From positions 1 to 32,000 of the forward strand of contig NZ_JAYKGW010000179.1 in the NCBI RefSeq assembly GCF_035285525.1: a stretch of 32,000 nt of DNA, written 5' to 3'. Every line of letters starts with the position of its first letter. Position 1 is the first letter of the stretch. Below the pieces are notes generated by a model that saw only the letters and a list, made by a program, of their open reading frames with translations, was not told the origin of the DNA and searched no databases. This document shows, piece after piece, positions 27,862 to 32,000 of this stretch. A program made the position numbers and the translations under genes. This DNA is from Okeania sp. Its GTDB lineage: Bacteria; Cyanobacteriota; Cyanobacteriia; Cyanobacteriales; Microcoleaceae.

Positions 27862-30800
27862 ATGACTAAAAGCCTTTCGCGAATCATACAATTTCTTAAA
27901 TTAGTGTTAGTTGCCTTCCTCATGGCACTACTTGTAAATATGGGTATTTCAGTGGCTCATCGTCCCCATGATGTTGTCACACATATTGAACTATCACCAA
28001 ATTATCAACAAGACCAGACAGTATTAATTGTTGTTAGAAATAACCTGTATCGTTCATCTGATGGAGGTATTTCATGGCAGCGCATTACTCAGGGTTTAGA
28101 TTATTCTAGTTTCTCCATTACAGATTTGGAGTTCAGTCGGCAAAATGATGGTTTAGCATTTCTAGGAACAGAAGGAGACGGTATCTATCGCTCATCAGAT
28201 AAAGGACTTACCTGGCAAAATACCAGCGAAGGTTTAGATGAACTTGTTATAGACTACATAAGTGTTTCACCAACTTCATCAAAAATTGTTCTAGCAAGTA
28301 TATCCGATAGACTCTACTTAACTCAAAATTCTGGGGATAGTTGGCAACAGGTCTTCCAAAGTAAAAATCCTATTCAAGCTTTAGGTTTTTCTAATGATGG
28401 CAAATTAGTTATTGCTGCCAATACAAACGAACTCTTGGTTTCTCGCGACAGTGGAAAAACTTGGCAAGAACGCGAGCGCACTGCATCTGGTCTCCCACTA
28501 GATACTCCAATTGTTGCTATTGAGTCTATGGTCGGTCAAACAGTCGGTTCAATGTGGTTGGCGACTGAAACCCAAGGTATTTTTCAAACCACTGACCAAG
28601 GCAAAACCTGGACAAAACAGGCAAATCCGATCGCCAATGAAATTGTTCAAGATCTCAAAATTATTCCAAGCTCCCAAAATGAACCACAACTGTTTGTTTC
28701 CACAGCAAATACTGGATTATTTTACTTGGATGGTCAAGAATGGCAGCCAAGAACTCAGGGACTCAAAACTGATGTCCAAGCCCAACAAATGAAGCAACCT
28801 AATTTTACCCAGCTAGAGTTTTCTCCAGATGGCAGCGTGACTTTCCTCGCAGGTTTTGATGGTCTGTTCAAATCTGAAGATCGGGGGCAAAAATGGCAAG
28901 ACTTAGAAACCATACTTAGGAGTACGGTTGTGGCAATGGCAGTTTCTAATGATTCAACCTTAGCAACTGTGGACTACGTTGGCAACATTAATCTCAGCAA
29001 GGATGGTGGTAAAACTTGGAAAATTGCTCAAAAAGGTCTCCAACTACCTTGGTTTACTGGGAACTTTGAATCAGTAGAACCAAACTACGATCCTCGTCGC
29101 TACTTTGATGTTGCTTTTTCTCCAAACTACGACCAAGATCAAACACTATGGGCATCACTACTCTGGACAAAAGTCGCAACCAGTCAGGATGGGGGTATTT
29201 CCTGGTTAGTTAGTTCCATGCCCAAAGAAGAACGTGGACTCACCATAGGTGTTTCTCCAGACTTCTCAAACGACAAGAATGTTTACACCCTAGCTCAAAG
29301 TGGTAATATCTATCAGTCTCAAAATGGAGGTCAAGACTTTAAAAAAGTTGGAGAAGTTCCTTCTCTTCGAGGCAACTATGGTCCATCTATTGTCCTATCC
29401 CCTAATTTTGCCAGTGATCGCACTATCTATGTAACTGGAAACAAGGGGATTTATCAAAGTACCGATGGTGGCAAAAACTGGGAAGCTATCACCGAAAATA
29501 TAGCCTTAGCGCAAGCAGGAAAGATGCAGATAGTAATTTCTCCAGGCTTTGCACAGGATAAAACATTATTTGTTAGTACCAGGGATCAAGGTCTTTTTAA
29601 ATCACAGGATGGAGGAAAAACTTGGAACCAGCAATTCACTATACCTGGAATAGATACGAACTCACCTGCTTTGGAAGCTATTGCTATTTCACCAAATTAT
29701 GATAACGATCAAACACTTGTTGTCAGTGTGCAAGGTTTTGGGTTATACAAAAGTGAAAATGGAGGGCAGTCATTCAAACAAATTACAGATGCTTCATTAC
29801 CAGCATCCAGAATCAGCACCGTTCCTTCATCAGGAAAGCCCATTGTTTTTTCACCAAACTACATTAACGACAGGACTATCTACAGCTTTGGTTCAGCAAT
29901 TTCGGAAATATTTGAATTAACAAACGATGGCAAGAGCCACGAAAACTTAGCCATTCAGAATTATGAATCAATGGGAGAAGCAGATTTTCTCAGCAATTTT
30001 CGGGTAGTTTTATATGTCTATCAAAGTTTATTGAAAAAAGTTGTAGTTCTGTTAGTGGCGATCGTGGGAGGGATAGTTATCTACCGAAAGTTAATCAGAA
30101 CAAACATTCTATCTTTCCATCAACCTCAAGTTCATCAGTATCAGCAACGTGAACCCTCTATCCAGATGAGTTGGAAAGTTTTGATCGTTGCGATCCTGGT
30201 ATTGCGCATCTTGTTTTCTTTCGCCAACTTAGATCAAAAGCCTTACAATGCTGATGAAGTTAGAGGCTTTTATCGAATCGCAGGTTATAACCGAGATCAA
30301 ATTGTTGAAGAAGTTTTTAATGGAAAGATTATTAGTGCAGAAAAAATTCTCACCTATCAAGTTCCAACATCTGCTAAAGGTTTACCAGACACTATGTCCG
30401 CACTAGCAGGTAACTCAGAACACACACCTCTCTACTACCTCCTATCTCGTTTTGTAATATCAACCTTCAAAACTCCTTTTGCTGCCAGAGTTTTATCTGT
30501 AATCCTTGGATTTGCTTGTTTGCCTGCTGTTTATTGGCTTTGCTATGAGCTTTTCGGTTCGCGATCAGTAGGGTGGATGGCAGTTGGACTAATTAGTGTT
30601 TCACCTTATCAAATTCTACTATCTCAAGCTTCCCGTCAGTATAGTCTTTTTGGACTTGCTACTTTAATCTGTACTATAGCACTTCTGCGTGCTATGAGGA
30701 AAAATGATAAACTAAGTTGGGTAATTTGCACACTGACTTTCATCGTCGGTCTCTATTCACACCTGTTTTTTGTATTTGTTGCTTTTGGTTACTGCTTGTA

Positions 30801-31716
30801 TCTACTTTCCCTTGGCCTCAAGGAAATTCGAGCCTACTTAGTTCCCTTTATTGTCAGTCTGTCAGTTGCTTTTGCTGCATTTCTCCCTTGGATAATTGTG
30901 ATTTTGACAAGTATTGATGAAATTCAAGAAAAGACACAATGGGTAAGTAGTCGAAACTCTAATATTTCTATTCTGATCAAAGGTTTGCTCAATAGCTTAG
31001 GTGATTCCTTTTTAAATTGGAATAATTCTGTTCCTAAAATAGAGTCTTATTTCGGTTATTTAATCTTTGGTCTGGTTGTTATCTCTTTATACTTTCTGAT
31101 TCGATTTACACCCAGAAAAGTTTGGTCATTAGTAGTGATATCAATTGCACTGACACCTCTAGTTCTAGTAACTGCCGATCTAATTTTTGGTGGTGGGCGC
31201 TCTCTGCAATCTAGATATCTACTTCCTTCTATATTATTTATGCAAATTTCTGTAGCCTATTTCTTGGCTAAGTGTATGATATTTACATTCCCCGCTTGGG
31301 AAAAATTCTTGTGGAGATCTGCATATCTAGCAATGGTTTTCGTTGGAATTATCTCTGCCATTGCGATCACCAAAACACCAGGTTGGGATTACCTAGAACA
31401 AGGCAAAACAGCAAATGCTTTAAATATAGAGATGGCTCCACTGATTAATGTCGCCAATCATCCAATTGTTATTAGTCAAGCTAGCCACAGTTTCGTCCTA
31501 GGTCTGAGTCATTTGGTAAATAAAGACGTTGAGTTCCAACTCGTAAATGATCTTGAGGCAACTGAATTTTCCACTTATTTTAATATACCGGAACTAGCGG
31601 AAAAATATGAAGAAGTATTCATCTACTTTCCAGATCAGCAGTTCAAATCCTTTGTAGAAAATCAACGAGGAGTTGAGCTAGAGCCAGTATTTGATACTAA
31701 GTTATATCGCCTTTGA
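27862..31716 (+). CDS. Fusion protein: signal anchor, ~14-blade BNR/Asp-box beta-propeller region, TM segment, GT-C (GT39/ArnT/PMT-like) polytopic glycosyltransferase
   Basis: The track ORF starts at a TTG (27829). The ATG at 27862 gives MTKSLSRIIQFLKLVLVAFLMALLV. Twelve clear SxDxGxxW-type Asp boxes (SSDGGISWQ, SSDKGLTWQ, SRDSGKTWQ, TTDQGKTWT, SEDRGQKWQ, SKDGGKTWK, SQDGGISW, STDGGKNWE, SQDGGKTWN and others) plus 2 degenerate ones, alternating with SPN(Y/F)xxDxT motifs. A TM segment VVVLLVAIVGGIVIY lies at about 30040-30090. From about 30166 there are more than 10 TM segments, with a first-loop NADEVRG (Asp-Glu at 30253-30258) and GNSEHTPLYYLLSRF, as in GT-C enzymes. Confidence 0.75.
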   Translation: MTKSLSRIIQFLKLVLVAFLMALLVNMGISVAHRPHDVVTHIELSPNYQQDQTVLIVVRNNLYRSSDGGISWQRITQGLDYSSFSITDLEFSRQNDGLAFLGTEGDGIYRSSDKGLTWQNTSEGLDELVIDYISVSPTSSKIVLASISDRLYLTQNSGDSWQQVFQSKNPIQALGFSNDGKLVIAANTNELLVSRDSGKTWQERERTASGLPLDTPIVAIESMVGQTVGSMWLATETQGIFQTTDQGKTWTKQANPIANEIVQDLKIIPSSQNEPQLFVSTANTGLFYLDGQEWQPRTQGLKTDVQAQQMKQPNFTQLEFSPDGSVTFLAGFDGLFKSEDRGQKWQDLETILRSTVVAMAVSNDSTLATVDYVGNINLSKDGGKTWKIAQKGLQLPWFTGNFESVEPNYDPRRYFDVAFSPNYDQDQTLWASLLWTKVATSQDGGISWLVSSMPKEERGLTIGVSPDFSNDKNVYTLAQSGNIYQSQNGGQDFKKVGEVPSLRGNYGPSIVLSPNFASDRTIYVTGNKGIYQSTDGGKNWEAITENIALAQAGKMQIVISPGFAQDKTLFVSTRDQGLFKSQDGGKTWNQQFTIPGIDTNSPALEAIAISPNYDNDQTLVVSVQGFGLYKSENGGQSFKQITDASLPASRISTVPSSGKPIVFSPNYINDRTIYSFGSAISEIFELTNDGKSHENLAIQNYESMGEADFLSNFRVVLYVYQSLLKKVVVLLVAIVGGIVIYRKLIRTNILSFHQPQVHQYQQREPSIQMSWKVLIVAILVLRILFSFANLDQKPYNADEVRGFYRIAGYNRDQIVEEVFNGKIISAEKILTYQVPTSAKGLPDTMSALAGNSEHTPLYYLLSRFVISTFKTPFAARVLSVILGFACLPAVYWLCYELFGSRSVGWMAVGLISVSPYQILLSQASRQYSLFGLATLICTIALLRAMRKNDKLSWVICTLTFIVGLYSHLFFVFVAFGYCLYLLSLGLKEIRAYLVPFIVSLSVAFAAFLPWIIVILTSIDEIQEKTQWVSSRNSNISILIKGLLNSLGDSFLNWNNSVPKIESYFGYLIFGLVVISLYFLIRFTPRKVWSLVVISIALTPLVLVTADLIFGGGRSLQSRYLLPSILFMQISVAYFLAKCMIFTFPAWEKFLWRSAYLAMVFVGIISAIAITKTPGWDYLEQGKTANALNIEMAPLINVANHPIVISQASHSFVLGLSHLVNKDVEFQLVNDLEATEFSTYFNIPELAEKYEEVFIYFPDQQFKSFVENQRGVELEPVFDTKLYRL

Positions 31717-32000
31717 ACAATCAGCAATCAGCAGTCAGCATTTACTCATATCATGTCTGGTAGCATCGGAGCGTGTATAGAAACCTAACCGTATCTTTGC
31801 ACGCGGTTCTATAAAATTAAAGTGACAATAGGAGAAAACCTTCTGCCTTCTGCCTTCGTGCCACCAAAATCTAATTATTCAACCGGATATGATACAGCAT
31901 ATTTCCGGTAAATGAGGTACAAGATAAATTTTGGAAACATTGTAGTGCGGGCATCTTGCCCGTATGGGAGTGTTCCTCATGCCTGGTGAAATCCGCTTTA

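Noticed and set aside
1-32000. Search for a CRISPR array, rRNA, tRNA, RNase P/tmRNA signatures, or common riboswitch cores (THI box, B12 box, glnA-type)
   Set aside because: I found no regularly spaced 28-37-nt repeats with unique spacers and no conserved RNA core motifs by eye. The heptamer STRR arrays and the 292-bp tandem repeat do not have CRISPR geometry.

Overview
AT-rich chromosomal segment that looks like a filamentous, Nostocales-type cyanobacterium. Evidence: HIP1 palindromes GCGATCGC (e.g. 1779-1786, 7146-7153), STRR-type heptamer arrays, Uma2 and pentapeptide-repeat genes, and a DUF3386/Nfu pair. All family names come from motif recognition by eye, since no searches were possible.

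Left half (1-16.5 kb): intact housekeeping genes (DUF3386, nfu, nadB, aroH-type chorismate mutase, sppA, an EamA transporter, a LOG-family protein). Between them lie decayed accessory genes:
- a beta-propeller gene whose tail carries a NucA-like nuclease motif
- a pentapeptide-repeat fragment
- an IS5-family transposase wreck
- a Uma2 gene with two in-frame TAA codons
- a NADAR gene with one in-frame TAG
- a TIR-like/NDT-like gene whose C-terminal two thirds are broken by two stops and two homopolymer frameshifts

An otherwise intact Ser/Thr-kinase/pentapeptide protein has Asn in place of both catalytic Asp residues (HGN, NFG), so it is a predicted pseudokinase.

Right half (17.2-31.7 kb): an envelope-glycan locus. 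On the minus strand it runs sulfotransferase, DUF6625-like transferase, DUF2079 membrane protein, two small charged tail-anchored proteins (one decayed), and a second DUF2079 paralog. A 3.3 kb region with no credible ORF separates this run from a divergent 1284-aa gene. That gene fuses about 14 BNR/Asp-box blades to a GT-C (GT39/ArnT-like) glycosyltransferase. The ORF-free region contains a 292-bp-period tandem repeat in which each copy carries a near-consensus promoter with a palindromic spacer.

Intergenic DNA is saturated with several MITE-like families. One 66-bp copy can be compared as filled site versus empty site inside the window. I found no rRNA, tRNA or CRISPR array.
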